A DNA stretch of 63,788 bases, taken from the NCBI GenBank assembly GCA_038087875.1, contig CM075977.1, forward strand, positions 217,000,213 through 217,064,000, written 5' to 3'. Below are positions 1 to 12,954 of this stretch, piece by piece (within the stretch, counting starts at the first letter, position 1; each line of letters begins with the position of its first letter). A program made the translations under genes and the position numbers. This DNA comes from Malacoraja senta. Lineage: Eukaryota. Under the pieces are notes generated by a model, which searched no databases, had not been told where the DNA came from, and saw nothing but the letters and a program-made list of their open reading frames with translations.

Positions 1-877
1 GCTACCTTGCTCCCCTGCTCCACTGTCTGTTATTCAAGCTTACTTGATTTGTAAGGGTAATGCTTGCCAAGTTGAACTGTCTGCTTCCAAAGGTTTCTTG
101 TACAGAAACACAATGATTACAGCATGGAAGGAAGCTGCTTTTTCTGTACAAACTCATTTGTAAGAGTAATGCAGCTAGTCTTGCTACCCACCCCTTAACC
201 CCGTAATTGTTTACGTTCAAAACTCATCCAGCTGACTTGAACTGAATTGGCTTCCACTGCTTTCCCTCACTGTGCATTCTAAACCCTAATCATTCACCAT
301 GTTTAGATTTTTTAAATTGTCATATTTTTGTTCTCATAGCAAGCCTGCAGTAGCACTTTATTTATACTTTTTGGGAGTCCGCATGTCAAAAGCCAAATTT
401 GTCTCATCAACCTTGCTTTACTTAAAAATCTCGGATTAGATTGAGCCATGTTGGTTTTATCAGAATGACGCTTGTCCAAAAGATTTCCCTGATTCTGTCC
501 CTGATAATTGTTTCTAAAGCTTCCCTGGGATGTGTGATCCTTTTTTTCTGTTATTTTTATATACCTTGTGGACTACTACTGAACCTGGAGATGTTTGGAA
601 GATTACGGCGAGGCACTCTATGATTTCTTTCTCATTATTCCTTTCAGCAATTTATGCAGGGGTCGTCTGCCCGAGCATTCCTCACCATCTATACATCATT
701 TACGAAACAGTGACTAGTATATCCTATCCAGACAAGTGTGATGCAGTACCTATTCTTTTAGTTTCTTACTTCACATTATTGAGGTCCTCAAGCACACTAC
801 CCAAGACCAAAAGAAAAATGAATTTTGCTTTTTCTTTGAAGTACTGTTCTGAGAGCAAACAAATGTATTTGGATGAG

Positions 878-1297
878 TATACTCGCTAGAATTTAGGAGA
901 TTGAGAGGGGATCTTATAGAAACGTACAAAATTCTTATGGGGTTGGACAGGCTAGATGCAGGAAGATTGTTCCCGATGTTGGGGAAGTCCAGGACAAGGG
1001 GTCACAGCTTAAGGATAAGGGGGAAATCCTTTAAGACCGAGATGAGGAAAAACGTTTTCACACGGAGAGTGGTGAATTTCTGGAACTCTCTGCCGCAGAG
1101 GGTAGTTGAGGCCAGTTCATTGGCTATATTTAAGAGGGAGTTAGATGTGGCCCTTGTGGCTAAGGGGATCAGGGGGTATGGAGAGAAGGCAGGTACGGGA
1201 TACTGAGTTGGATGATCAGCCATGATCATATTGAATGGCGGTGCAGGCTCGAAGGGCCGAATGGCCTACTCCTGCACCTATTTTCTATGTATCTATG
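878..1297 (+). mobile_element. CR1 LINE 3' fragment
   Basis: RGDLIETYKIL...RTRGHSLRI...WNSLP C-terminal CR1 ORF2 peptide, the 3' stem-loop gggccgaatggcc, and a (ttctatg) tail. Confidence 0.9.
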
Positions 1298-1954
1298 AGT
1301 ACTTTCTAGGACACGTTCATTCGGTTTTCAAATGCAATTCTGAAGTTATATTTCTTTGTTATACTTCTTTCCCAAACACATTCTGATTTCTCCCTGATGC
1401 GCAATTGCTGAGCTTCACCTTCTTTGTCCTGAAAATGGATTTTACAGCCTTCTATACTCCAGTTGAGTTCAGCATTTTTGAATACATTGGCGCACCATTT
1501 ATCACAACTCTGAGGAGTGTTAAAATGTTCTTGGTCCTCCAGTCCAACCACTCAAAAGTATGTACCCCCACTCTACATACATTTCTTTTGTGGGGAGTTG
1601 GGGGGGGGGGGGGGGGGGGAGAGATATAATCACTGAGACTGTTATGTTGTTCCAAGAACCTGTTTTAAAAAAAAAAAAACATCCTTGAAAGATGTGCATC
1701 GCCATGTTAGGAACCTAGCACAACTCTGCCTGAAGTGCACAGCAAAGATCCACCTGCAATCCACTGGGGAGAAACTGCCTGGGCTAATAAGATGGATGCT
1801 GGCCAATGCTGAGAATTAATCATGCTCTTTCATACCTCTTAATTTCTATGTTCCTCCTATCATCTTGTGTTGAGTGTAAAGGAAGCTACTGGTGTCCTCA
1901 TTTTTATATTGGGTTGCAAAGCTTTCCTAGCCTTAAGATTTCTCTATAGTATAG

Positions 1955-2441
1955 TGTAGTGGCAGATTATTATATCGTTCAAGGGATTGCTCCGTTATCT
2001 CTCTAGCCACTCTGGAGAAAACATGGTATTAGGAGAGTGTTGTTTTGTTACGCATGTGAATTCTCCACATCCTTCAGGCTCAAAGCGTCTCGAAAGATAA
2101 ATCTTCGTAACACAGTCTTTTGATTAATAGTTTCTTTATTGTTGAAGAAAAACAGTAAGATATCCATCCAACCTTCTTCTTTTACTGGTACATTTTAAAC
2201 TTCGTCAAACTTCAGCTTATCGCTTAAAACGTTAGAAAACTCCTCATGGTCAAAAGCTAAACTCTCAACCATGATCCTCCGAACTAAACTAACTAGCTAA
2301 CAGCTTCTGCGCAAGAAGCCCAGCAGCAAACAAGCCACCGACTACGTAATAAATCCCACCCACATAATTACGGGCAGACTAAAATTTAAAGGCAAATGCC
2401 ATAATTAATGACACACAAAATAAAGCCAAATGGCCACTACA
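1955..2441 (-). mobile_element. Solo LTR (Gypsy/ERV-like)
   Basis: TG...CA ends with 9-bp inverted termini TGTAGTGGC/GCCACTACA; 4-bp direct repeat ATAG at 1951-1954 and 2442-2445; minus-strand AATAAA at 2135-2140. Confidence 0.75.
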
Positions 2442-2482
2442 ATAGTAACAATAGTGGTCTCTTCCCCTCTGCTCTGTGCTGC

Positions 2483-2661
2483 GGGGCAGTAGGTATCATT
2501 GGATATTTTTAAGAGATTGACAGATTCTTGGTTAATAAGGGTGTCAAAGGTTAAGGGGAGAAGGCAGGAGAATGGGGTTGAGAGGGAGAGATAGATCAGC
2601 CATGATTGAAAGACGAGTAAACTTTGGGCCGAAATGCCTAATTTTGCTCGTATGACTTATG
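2483..2661 (+). mobile_element. CR1 LINE 3' end fragment
   Basis: Same 3' UTR as other copies (ggagaaggcaggagaatggggtt...cttatga). Confidence 0.8.
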
Positions 2662-2710
2662 AACGTGTCAAGGTGAGTGCAACAGGGTTTTACGTATTTA
2701 CGTATTTCCT

Positions 2711-3775
2711 ACAAAGAGTAGGAGTAAACGGGTCCTTTTCCGAATGGCAGTCAGTGACTAGTGGGGTACTCCAAGGCTCAGTGCTGGGACCCCAGCTATT
2801 TACAATATATAATGATTTGGACGAGGGAATTGAATGCAACATCTCCAAGTTAGCGGATGACACGAAGCTGGGGGGCAGTGTTAGCTGTGAGGAGGGTGCA
2901 AGCAGGCTGCAGGATGACTTGGATAGGCTGGGTGAGTGGGCAAATGCATGGCAGATGCAGTATAATGTGGATAAATGTGAGGTTATCCACTTTGGTTGCA
3001 AAAACAGGAAAGTAGACTATTACCCGAATGGTGGCCGATTAGGAAAAGGGGAGATGCAACGAGACCTGGGTGTCATGGTACACCAGTCATTCAAAGTAGG
3101 CATGCAGGTGCAGCAGGCAATGAAGAAAGCGAATGTTATGTTAGCATTCATAGCAAAAGGATTTGAGTATAGGAGCAGGGAGGTTCTATTGCAGTTGTAC
3201 AGGGTCTTCGTGAGACCACACCTGGAGTATTGCGTACAGTTTTGGTCTCCTAATCTGAGGAAGGACTCTTGCCATAGAGGGAGTACAGAGAAGGTTCACC
3301 AGTGATTCCTGGGATGTCAGGACTTTCATATGAAGAAAGACTGGATAGACTCAGCTTGTACTCGCTAGAATTTAGAAGATTGAGGGGGGATCTTATAGAA
3401 ACTTACAAAATTCTTAAGGGGTTGGACAGGCTAGATGCAGGAAGATTGTTCCCGATGTTGGGGAAGTCCAGAACAAGGGGTCACAGTTTAAGGATAAAGG
3501 AGAAATCTTTTAGGACTGAGATGAGAAAAATATTTTTTACACAGAGAGTGGTGAATCTCTGGATTCTCTGTCACAGAATGTAGTTGAGGCCAGTTCATTG
3601 GCTATATTTAAGAGGGAGTTAGATGTGGCCCTTGTGGCTAAAGGGATCAGGGGGTATGGAGAGAAAGCAGGTACAGGATACTGAGTGGGATGATCAGCCA
3701 TGATCATATTGAATGGCGGTGCAGGCTCGAAGGGCCGAATGGCCTACTCCTGCACCTGTTTTCTATGTTTCTATG
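2711..3775 (+). mobile_element. CR1 LINE, 5'-truncated (RT domain remnant)
   Basis: SGVLQGSVLGPQLF, KLADDTK, QMQYNVDKCEVIHFG and VRPHLEYCVQFWSP motifs; frameshifts; tttctatg tail. Confidence 0.93.
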
Positions 3776-3816
3776 TCAGTAAAGGACCTCCCCTGAGTTC
3801 TGAGTCTATTAATGAA

Positions 3817-4610
3817 CAGTGTGGGGTTATGCATTTTGGTAGTAGGAATAAAGGTGTAGACTATTTTCTAAATGGGGAAAGAATCCAGAAATTGGAGGTG
3901 CAAAGGGACCTGGGAGTGCTGGTGCAGGATTCCCAAAACGTTAATCTGCAAGTCGAATCGGTAGTAAAGAAGGCAAACGCAATGCGAGCATTTATTTCAA
4001 AAGGGCTAGAATACAAAAACAGGTATGGAATGCTGAGGCTCTAAAAAGCACTGGTCAAGCCGTATATGGAGTATTGTGAGCAATTCTGAGAACCATATCC
4101 GAGGAAGGATGTGCTGACCCTGGAGATGGTCGAGATGAGGTTGACAAGAATGATCCCAGGAATGAGTGGGTTGACATATGATGAGCGATTGACGGCACAG
4201 GGCCTGTACTCACTGGAGTTTAGAAGAATGGGGGAGGGACCACAATGAAACGTACCGAAAGGCTTGGACTGAGTGGATGTGGAGAGGATGTTTTCACTAG
4301 TGGCAGAGTCTTGGGCTAGAGGTCATCGACTCAGAATTAAAGGGTGTTCCTTTGGGAAGGAGATGAGGAGGAATTTCTTTAGTCAACGTGTGGTGAATTT
4401 GTGGAATTCTTTGCCACTGAAGGATGTGAGGCTTTCAAAGGATATTTTAAAGGCAGAAATAGATAGATTATTGATTAGTACTGGTGTCAGGGGTTATGGG
4501 GAGAAGGCAGAAGAATGGGGTTAGGCGGGAGAGATAGATCAGCCATGATTAAATGGCAGAGTAGGCGATGGGCCGAATAGCCTAATTCTGTTCCTATCAC
4601 GTGACCTAAT
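3817..4610 (+). mobile_element. CR1 LINE fragment (second subfamily)
   Basis: CGVMHFG...QRDLGVLVQ and NFFSQRVVNLWNSLP, with stops. Confidence 0.9.
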
Positions 4611-5313
4611 GGAAAAAAGTATCAGTGTAAGGATTCTGATACTGAAACTCTAGCAGATCCATGTTTTCATTTCTACAACTTAACCCTTTACCATGCCTAC
4701 TTTTTTCACTTAAGTGCAGCTGTCATCTGCCCAGTGTCCAAGAAGGCATTTCAGTAGGTTTTCCAGTTAGAATGCTATGTGGCTTGAAAGAAAACTTGCA
4801 TGTGATACCAATTGAACAGAAAAGCTACTAGAGAGACACAAGGTACTGTTCCGACAAGGTGCTGGACTGCATGTTGCAGCATTAATGCGCAGGTGGCAAA
4901 GGGAACAAGTACTTTGAGTGCTGATTGAGGTGCTAGGCAAACTCATTTGCCCAGCTTAGTGTCAAGCTGCTTGTCTATGAAAGATTCCACTTAATTCCTG
5001 GTTTATGCCTTGTGGATGGCACAAAGGCTTTGGAGATTTTTTGTGGCTGCTCCTATTACATTTATTGGCCTGGTAATGTTGACGTGAAATGTGATCAGTT
5101 GAATTATCATGGAGTCGTAGGATACAGAAACAGCTCCTTCAACCCCACCGATGCTACCTAAAGCCACGCTGAAGATCAAGAACCCACGTAACCATTATGT
5201 TGGTGAAATCACTGCTCACAACATGGTATACATTTTATTTTGTACCTGTGAGGCCAGTCCTGAATTTATTTTCTAAACGAGCTGCATTGAAACACAAACA
5301 GACCCTTGATCTG

Positions 5314-5523
5314 AGATGGTAGTTGAGGCCAGTTCATTGGCTATATTTAAGAGGGAGTTAGATGTGGCCCTTGTGGCTAAAGGGATCATGGGGTATGGAG
5401 AGAAGGCAGGTACAGGATACTGATTTGGATGATCAGCCATGATCATATTGAATGGCGGTGCAGGCTCGAAGGGCCAAATGGCCTACACCTGCACCTATTT
5501 TCTATGTTTCTATGTTTCTATGG
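5314..5523 (+). mobile_element. CR1 LINE 3' end
   Basis: Near-identical to 3580-3775; (tttctatg)n tail. Confidence 0.9.
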
Positions 5524-5766
5524 TGAGACCTGAGCAGCAAACATCAAGATTGTTAGATTTCCCAACTTCTGAACATACAATGGATTATTTGGCCTCTGAG
5601 CTATTGCACCACCCACCTTGGGCCGAGATTGCATTCTTCTTAATGGTTGTAGGTAGGAATTCTTATCAATAAGGAACTTCCCGTAGTTCTCATTAGTATG
5701 ATTTTCTTTGTTGTACTCAAACTGCTCCCAATTGGTCTAGAGCAAAGTGGTCCTGGTTGAAAATAA

Positions 5767-5899
5767 TGTGTATGAAGGAACTGCAGATGCTGGTTTAAAC
5801 CAAAGATAGACACACAAAGCTGGAGTAACTCGGCAGGACAGGCAGCATCTCTGGAGAGAACGAATGGGTGATGTTTTGGGTCGAGACCCTTCTTCAGAC
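5767..5899 (-). mobile_element. Penelope-like pLTR remnant with degenerate hammerhead motif
   Basis: Minus strand reads CTGAAGA-agggtctcgaccc-AAAAC-atc, so the core GAAAC is mutated; body shared with other copies. Confidence 0.7.
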
Positions 5900-7614
5900 C
5901 TGGTAGAAAATAACTCTGTTATTAGTTATTAGTTCAATGATACTTTATTTTGCATGTTGTGCAATCACTGTCCCAACTCTGTCAATGATGGAGAGTAGGC
6001 TGGTCATAATAGCTCAACATTCAGCAAAGGCATTGGGCACAAAACTTGCAGCCTATTGGCAGCAGTGAACACCCACCCTCTTACATGCTACCAAGACCTG
6101 GGCACCCTACAGCAGACATCCCAAATTTTGGAAAGATGTCTCCACAAAATCATCCAAAAACTGGATGGAAGAGAATGGGTTAAAGTTGAAGCTTGAGCAA
6201 TTAGAGGGTGGGATGCCAAAGGGAGCAAAGATTGGAAGACCAAACTTGTTGAAAGGGGTTGTGTGTCCCAAACGCTAAAGCTTGTGCACTGAAATGAACT
6301 CACTTTTATTTGTGTACATCTCTGGAAAAGTTTGTGTAAAACCTATGGACATTTATTCTACATTATTTATTTGGATCTCTGGAGTGTATCCTAAACCTCT
6401 GGCTTCTGATCACTCAACCATGGCTGACATTCACACCAGCCGTGTGCATTACTGTTGGACTGTGTCCCAGTCATGCTGCCGTTCTGGATTATTTTTAAAT
6501 TGGTTATCTGAAATGGTCATACTAAATAAAAAGTCCATTCTTTTCATTTATCTTTTTAAATTTCTCCTCCTATACAAATGCTTTGCATTCCCATTCCACC
6601 TCTTTCCTTTCTTCCTATAAATCCACTGCACCCCAGCTTCGTGTTAGTTCTTGCACACCGTTCTGTGTACGCATGATTGATATTCCAGTGCCTTAAACAA
6701 AAGGCAGACCACTTATTTGTTTTATTCTCGCTAATTTCTAGCATTAGGTATATGTAGTTATTTAAATCCAGTTGTGTATCAAGAACGGATAGCATTTGAA
6801 GGAAGGTATCCTATAATTTGGGCAGAGTTGTGTCAGTGATTTTGTACTTAAATATAAATTTTAAAAAAACTGATATTAATTAATGTTGCTTTCCATCCTA
6901 GGATCCATCTGTTACACAAGTGACAAGAAATCCACCGCCAGCATTGGAGGAATACAATCCTTTCACAGATGGGCGAAAAGTATGAAAACTTCAAATTGTT
7001 TTTATGTGTCTCTGTAACGATGATAGCACAACTATTAAACATGATCTTACATGAGAGGAATTAAATTGAAGACAAATTGTTATGTTGCAGAGATCAGATC
7101 TAATCATAGAACTATCTAAAGGCTAATCGACTTGCATTGCATATCATGGGTTCACTGGGTTCAATATAAATGGCTAGTCGTAATATGTATATACGATGAC
7201 ACGACTTTGATTGGGGCATTTGAGGATACTTGTCAAACGCTCCATTTTTACCATATGTGTTTCTTTATCAGGTTGGCTTTTTCTGTAAAGGACAGATTAA
7301 ACCCACATTCCTACATAGATCATGATGCTAAGACCAACACTTAACTGCTTGCACATAATCCATATCTCTCCATTCCCTGCATATACATATGCCTATCCAA
7401 ATGCTTAAATGCTACTTTCCTATCTGCTTCCACCACCACCCCTGAGAGTGTGTTCCAGGCACCCACCAGGCGGTGTGGTTAATCTGTACAACACACCAAC
7501 TACAATAAAAAGTAATTGCATTCAAATCCTTTGTTTTTTCATTAGTGTAAATTCAGCGGTTGGATCTAATGTAGAAGATCAGTAATTCATGATTGATTTG
7601 TTTTCCTCACCATA

Positions 7615-7814
7615 NNNNNNNNNNNNNNNNNNNNNNNNNNNNNNNNNNNNNNNNNNNNNNNNNNNNNNNNNNNNNNNNNNNNNNNNNNNNNNNNNNNNNN
7701 NNNNNNNNNNNNNNNNNNNNNNNNNNNNNNNNNNNNNNNNNNNNNNNNNNNNNNNNNNNNNNNNNNNNNNNNNNNNNNNNNNNNNNNNNNNNNNNNNNNN
7801 NNNNNNNNNNNNNN
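7615..7814. other. Assembly gap (200 N)
   Basis: Run of N; it swallows the 5' end of a SCAMP1 exon. Confidence 1.
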
Positions 7815-7925
7815 CTCCACTTCCTGAACGATGTCCTGTGGGGCCATGTTTCTATCAAGACCTCTCGGTAGATATCCCTGTTGAATTTCAAAAGACAGTC
7901 AAGATGCTCTACTACTTATGGATGT
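7815..7925 (+). CDS. SCAMP1: SCAMP1 internal coding exon (5' end lies in the gap)
   Basis: [36 protein letters not shown] matches SCAMP1; donor gtatgt at 7926, phase 1. Confidence 0.93.
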
Positions 7926-8414
7926 GTATGTAAATTCTGCAGTCTACTTCATTAGTGTTTAATATTTATAATACCACAGTTTGCAGTGTTTAAAATACTT
8001 TATATTTTCATGAAGTGCTCTGAATTAACTGCATGCCTCATTGTTATCAGTGTGGTATGTTCTCAGTAAATTTACTGTGATTATAATCTACTGAATATTT
8101 ACAACTTTAAAGCATTTGCAGATCAACTGTAAAACAATCTCAAATTGCACGATAACAGCCGAATAATGAAAATCTACTATTTCTTTATATATTAGTATTT
8201 AAATAACCGTTAGAAAGATAACGTTGATTTTGTTCTCTTTTCAACCAATCTCCCCTTATTACTGCAATATCTCTAAAAATGTCAATAAAATCATGACAGG
8301 GTTAGCTTCAAATATGCCTTCTAATTGGATCTTGTCAGTTGTCACGCATCAAGATAATTAAATTTAAGAGGAATATTAAATAGACTCTGCTATTCATTGG
8401 GAATTGTTGGTGAA

Positions 8415-8830
8415 CATGCACAATAGAATCAGATGAATGCCATTTGACCCCTCAAGCCTCCTCTGCCATTCAATACGATCATGACTGACCTGATTTTTTA
8501 AATCACATTTCAGATTTCAGAATACTCATAATAATTTTCATCCCCTGGCTAATCGAGTATCCACTTTTCCTCTAAAAATAGTCACAGACTCGGTTTCCAC
8601 CTCCCTATGTCTTAAAAGATTTCCCTTATTTTAAAGGGTGATCCCTTTGTTTTACATTTTCCACAAGTTGAAAAATCCTCTCCGCTGACACCCTATTTAT
8701 ACTTCTTGGGATACAATCCTTGACTGCTTCCAAGTCACTGTTAACTTTTCTAAATCTAGTCTAGCCTCCCCACCCTTTCCTCATAATAGGAGCCATGTAA
8801 GATATGAGCCCTAGTAAAACACCTCAGAAC
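8415..8830 (-). mobile_element. Old degraded CR1 fragment
   Basis: Diverged reverse complement of the CR1 3' region (gccatttgacccctcaagcctcctctgccattcaat). Confidence 0.55.
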
Positions 8831-8924
8831 TGCTACCAGTGTGTTGGAAACAAAACAAAGTAACATGCCTTAATGACGTAAAGCACTTACTATCGTAAAG
8901 TACTTTGAAAAGCTGGCCATGGCG

Positions 8925-9140
8925 CATATCAACTCTAGCCCTCCAGACAGCCTTGATTCATTGCAATTCATCTGCCGCCGAATAGGTCCGTGGCAGGCAC
9001 CATCTCCATGGGCCTACACTTAACTTTAGAACATCTAGATGACAAGGACACCTACGTTGGACTTCTATTTATCGACTATAACTGCATTAAACACGATAAT
9101 CCTATCCAAACTCATCTCCAAACGCCTGGATTAAGGAATT
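8925..9140 (+). mobile_element. Old Rex1/Babar LINE RT fragment (5' part of an interrupted copy)
   Basis: [18 protein letters not shown] motif; continues at about 11291. Confidence 0.75.
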
Positions 9141-9142
9141 GG

Positions 9143-11290
9143 CAAAGATTCAAGATTCAAGAGAGTTTATTGTCATGTGTCCCAGATAGGACAATGAAAT
9201 TCTTGCTTTGCTTCAACACAACAGAATATAGCAGGCATGAATACAGAACAGATCAGTGTGTCCATATATCATTATATCAATATATACACACACGAATAAA
9301 TAAACAGATAAAGTGCAAATAAACAGATGATGGTCTATTAATGTTCAGAGTTTTGTTTGAGTTGAATTTAATAGCCTGATGGCTGTGGGGAAGCAGGTAT
9401 TTCTGAACCTGGACGTTGCAGTCTTCAGGCTCCTGTACCTTCTACCTGAAGGTAGCGGGGAGATGAGTGTGTGGCCAGGATGGTGTGGGACCTTGATGAT
9501 GCTGCCAGCCTTTTTGAGGCAGCGACTGCGGTATATCCCCTCGATGGTAGGGAGGTCAGAGCCGATGATGGACTGAGCCGTGTTTACTACTTTTTGTAGT
9601 CTTTTCCGTTCCTGGGCTCTCAAGTTGCCGAACCAAGCCACGATGCAACCGGTCAGCATGCTCTCCACTGTGTAGAAGTTAGAGAGAGTCCTCCTTGACA
9701 TACTGACTCTCCGTAATCTTCTCAGGAAGTAGAGGCGCTGAAGTGCTTTCTTAATAATTGCATCACTGTTCTCGGACCAGGAGAGATCTTCAGAGACGTG
9801 CACGCCCACGAATTTGAACCTCTTGACCCTTTCCACCATCGACCCATTGATATAAACGGGACTGTGGGTCCCCATCCTACCCCTTCCAAAGTCCACAATC
9901 AGTTCCTTGGTTTTGCTGGTGTTAAGGGCCAGGTTATTGTGCTGGCACCATTTGGTCAGTCGTTCGATCTCTCTTCTATACTATGACTCGTCCCCATCAG
10001 TGATACGTCCCACAACAGTGGTGTTGTCAGCGAACTTGATGACGGAGTTCGCACTATGACCGTCAACGCAGTCATGAGTATAGAGTGAGTACAGCAGGGG
10101 GCTGAGCACGCAGCCTTGAGGTGCTCCTATGCTGATTGTTATCGAGGCTGACACATTTCCACCAATACGAACAGTCTGTGGTCTGTGAATGAGGAAGTCG
10201 AGGATCCAATTGCAGAGGGATGCGCAGAGACCCAGTTCTGCGAGTTTATTAACCAGATTGTATTAAATGCCGAGCTGTAATCAATAAATAGCAGCCTGAC
10301 ATGAGTTTTTGTTGTCCAAGTGGTCCAGAGCGGAGTGGAGAGCCAGCGAGATCACATCCACCGTTGATCTGTTGTGGCGGTAGGCGAACTGCAGTGGGTC
10401 CAGGTTTTTGTCGAGGTAGGAGTTGATTTGCGCCATGATCAACCTCTCAAAGCACTTCATCACCACCGACGTTAGTGCCACTGGTCGATAGTTATTGAGG
10501 CACGTCACCTTGTTCTTCTTGGGCTCCGGTATAATTGATGCCCTTTTAAAGCAGGTGGGAACCTCAGACCTCAGAAGTGAGACGTTGAAAATGTCCGTAA
10601 AAACTCCAGCCAGTTGGTCCGCACAGGTTTTTTTAACACGATCGGGTATACCATCAGGTCCAGGCGCTTTTCGAGGGTTCACCCCTCTGAAGGATTTTCT
10701 GATGTCGGCCTCTGTGACTGTGACTGAAGTACCATCACAGCGAATGGGGGCTTGAGAAGGCACATCAGTGTTCTCCCTATCAAAGCGTGCTTAAAACGCA
10801 TTGAGCTCGTCAGGGAGTGACATTCGAGCTACCTCCTGATTTCGCCTTGTTGGAGGTGATTGCATTCAGGCCCCGCCACAGCTGCCGAACATCTGTCTCA
10901 TCCTCCAGCTTGGAGCAGAAGTCCCTTTTGGCCTTTATGATGGCCTTACCAAGGTCGTATCTGGACTTCTTGTAGACCACTGTATCATCAGACATGAATG
11001 CCCGGTGTCTGGTCTTCAGAAGAGTGTGGATCTCAAAGTTCATCCAAGGCTTCTGATTGGGAAACAATCAGAAGGTTTTTGTAGGGAAGCAGTCCTCCAC
11101 ACACTTCTTTATGAAGTCTGTAACGACTGTGGTGTATTCGTTCAGGTCCGTTGCCGAGTCTGTTGCCGAGTCCCAGTCTACAGACTCCAAACAGTCCTGG
11201 AGTTGTTCCTTTGTCCCCCCCCCCCCCCCCCCCCGACCAGCTCTGTATAGTCCTCACCTCTGGGGGTGCGCTCTTCAATACCTATAGACC
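9143..11290 (-). mobile_element. Rex1/Babar LINE, 5'-truncated
   Basis: [62 protein letters not shown] and PHHPGHTLISPLPSGRRYRSL; AATAAA plus (tcttga)n tail near 9145-9170. Confidence 0.92.
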
Positions 11291-11990
11291 ACAATCATGA
11301 TAATTCTCAACACCGGTGCCTCACAAGACCGATTTCAGCCCCTTACTATATGGTCCTTATACACTCACAACGGTGCAGCCAAATTCAGCTGTAACTCCAT
11401 TTACAAATTTGCAGTTGACACCAGCTTAGTGGGCTGCATCTCAAACTATGATAAGATGGAGTGTAGGAATGAGATAGACAGCATAGTAGCATGATATCAA
11501 GACAACGACCTCTCCCTCAGTCGGCAAAATGAACAAACTACTGGGGCAGGTATTTCTAGCCACATCCTGAAGTTGGGTGCTGAGTCTGCCTTCCTGGTGC
11601 TCCAGTGGAGATGGTTGAATACTTCAAGTTCCTTGTTGTCAACATCGTCAACAATTTGGTCTGGTCCAACCACATTGACACTAAGGCCAAGAGAACACAC
11701 CATCGCCTCAACTTCTTCAGAAATTTGAGGAAATTCGTCATGTCTCCAATTAGCCTTACTAATATCTACAGATGCACCACAGAAAGCATCCGGATGCATC
11801 CAACTAGTATGGCAAGTTAAGAACGCGGCCCAGTCCATCCCACAAAAGAGCCTTACCTTCTCCACCTATATTTCTCTCCTCTCTTGTCGAGCAGAAGATA
11901 AAAAAACTTTTAAGTATATACCACCATATTCACGGACAGCGTCTTTCTCCTCTTATCAACCTTTGGACGGACCCCTCATATTCTAGGAAT
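11291..11990 (+). mobile_element. Old Rex1/Babar LINE fragment (3' part of the interrupted copy)
   Basis: IILNTGASQ...SLYTHN...IYKFAVDT and VEYFKFL...IYRCTTESI. Confidence 0.75.
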
Positions 11991-12478
11991 GAAGTCCCAA
12001 TCTTTCCATTGAATGATTTCAACCTATGTAGAGGCTGCATTTGTGCTAGCTTTCTTGATTACTTGCTGTACCTGTGAGCCAGTATTTTGTATATCAACTG
12101 CTAGGACATCCAGATCCCCATGCCTCTGCGTTCTGTACTCTCCCAGCATTTAGATAATATGCTGATCTTTCATTTTTCCTGCCAAAGTGTACATTTTCAT
12201 ATTTTCTTATTGAACTCCATTTGCCAGATCTTGGCACATTGACCTTTGAATAATGCTTTTAACTTTGCATTGGATACCATGAAATTCTGGTAAAAGTTGC
12301 ATGCTGAAGTGCAAGTAATTTGGTTTTGTTAACAACATATGATAAATATGAGGTCTTTTCATCTTTGCAATAACAATGATCAGAAATCATACCAAAGTTT
12401 AATTTCTACTATAGTAACATTATTTTATGTACTTTTTAAACAGTTGTGTTTTAAGTCATTTTTCTTTTCGTCCTGCAG

Positions 12479-12638
12479 TTCATGCTGTAACTCTTCTGGT
12501 AAATATTTTTGGTTGCCTTGCCTGGTTCTGTGTTGATAGCTATCGAGGCGTGGACTTTGGCCTGTCCATTCTCTGGTTCTTGCTTTTTACCCCCTGTTCG
12601 TTTGTTTGTTGGTACAGACCACTCTACAAGGCTTTCAG
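12479..12638 (+). CDS. SCAMP1: SCAMP1 coding exon (160 bp)
   Basis: Acceptor ctgcag, donor gttagt; [18 protein letters not shown]...[18 protein letters not shown] includes the SCAMP E-peptide CWYRP; frame continuous with the flanking exons. Confidence 0.97.
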
Positions 12639-12954
12639 GTTAGTGAATTTACATTTTTAACATTGCTGCATTTATAATATGAAATTCACAGGTGCTTATC
12701 CATAGCAATTTAAAGGGCCCAATGTTGAACTCTATTCATTGTTTGCAAGAGAGCCCAGCACCCCACAAATACATTTTCTGGAGATTTTCTCCAGTAAGTC
12801 TTCTGAAATAATGCTAATCTGATTATTTTCTTCAAATACTGTTTAAAGCACATTGACGTTCAAAGATTTCATAAATCATGTAAATTTACAATTCAGTTGA
12901 TTGCACTTTTTTTTTACAATCCTGTGTTATTTCCTGATTTACACACCATAGTCA

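Noticed and set aside
1600-1619. Poly-G/C tracts (also near 11215, 18982, 35163, 46515, 46898, 56363) as functional G-quadruplexes
   Set aside because: Simple homopolymers, mostly inside TE remnants, with unreliable lengths and no evidence of function.
1-7614. Upstream SCAMP1 exons (NPF repeats, coiled coil)
   Set aside because: No matching peptide with splice sites seen; presumably upstream of the window.
7587-7933. ORFs spanning the N run
   Set aside because: Artefacts of the gap. Only 7815-7925 is supportable exon.
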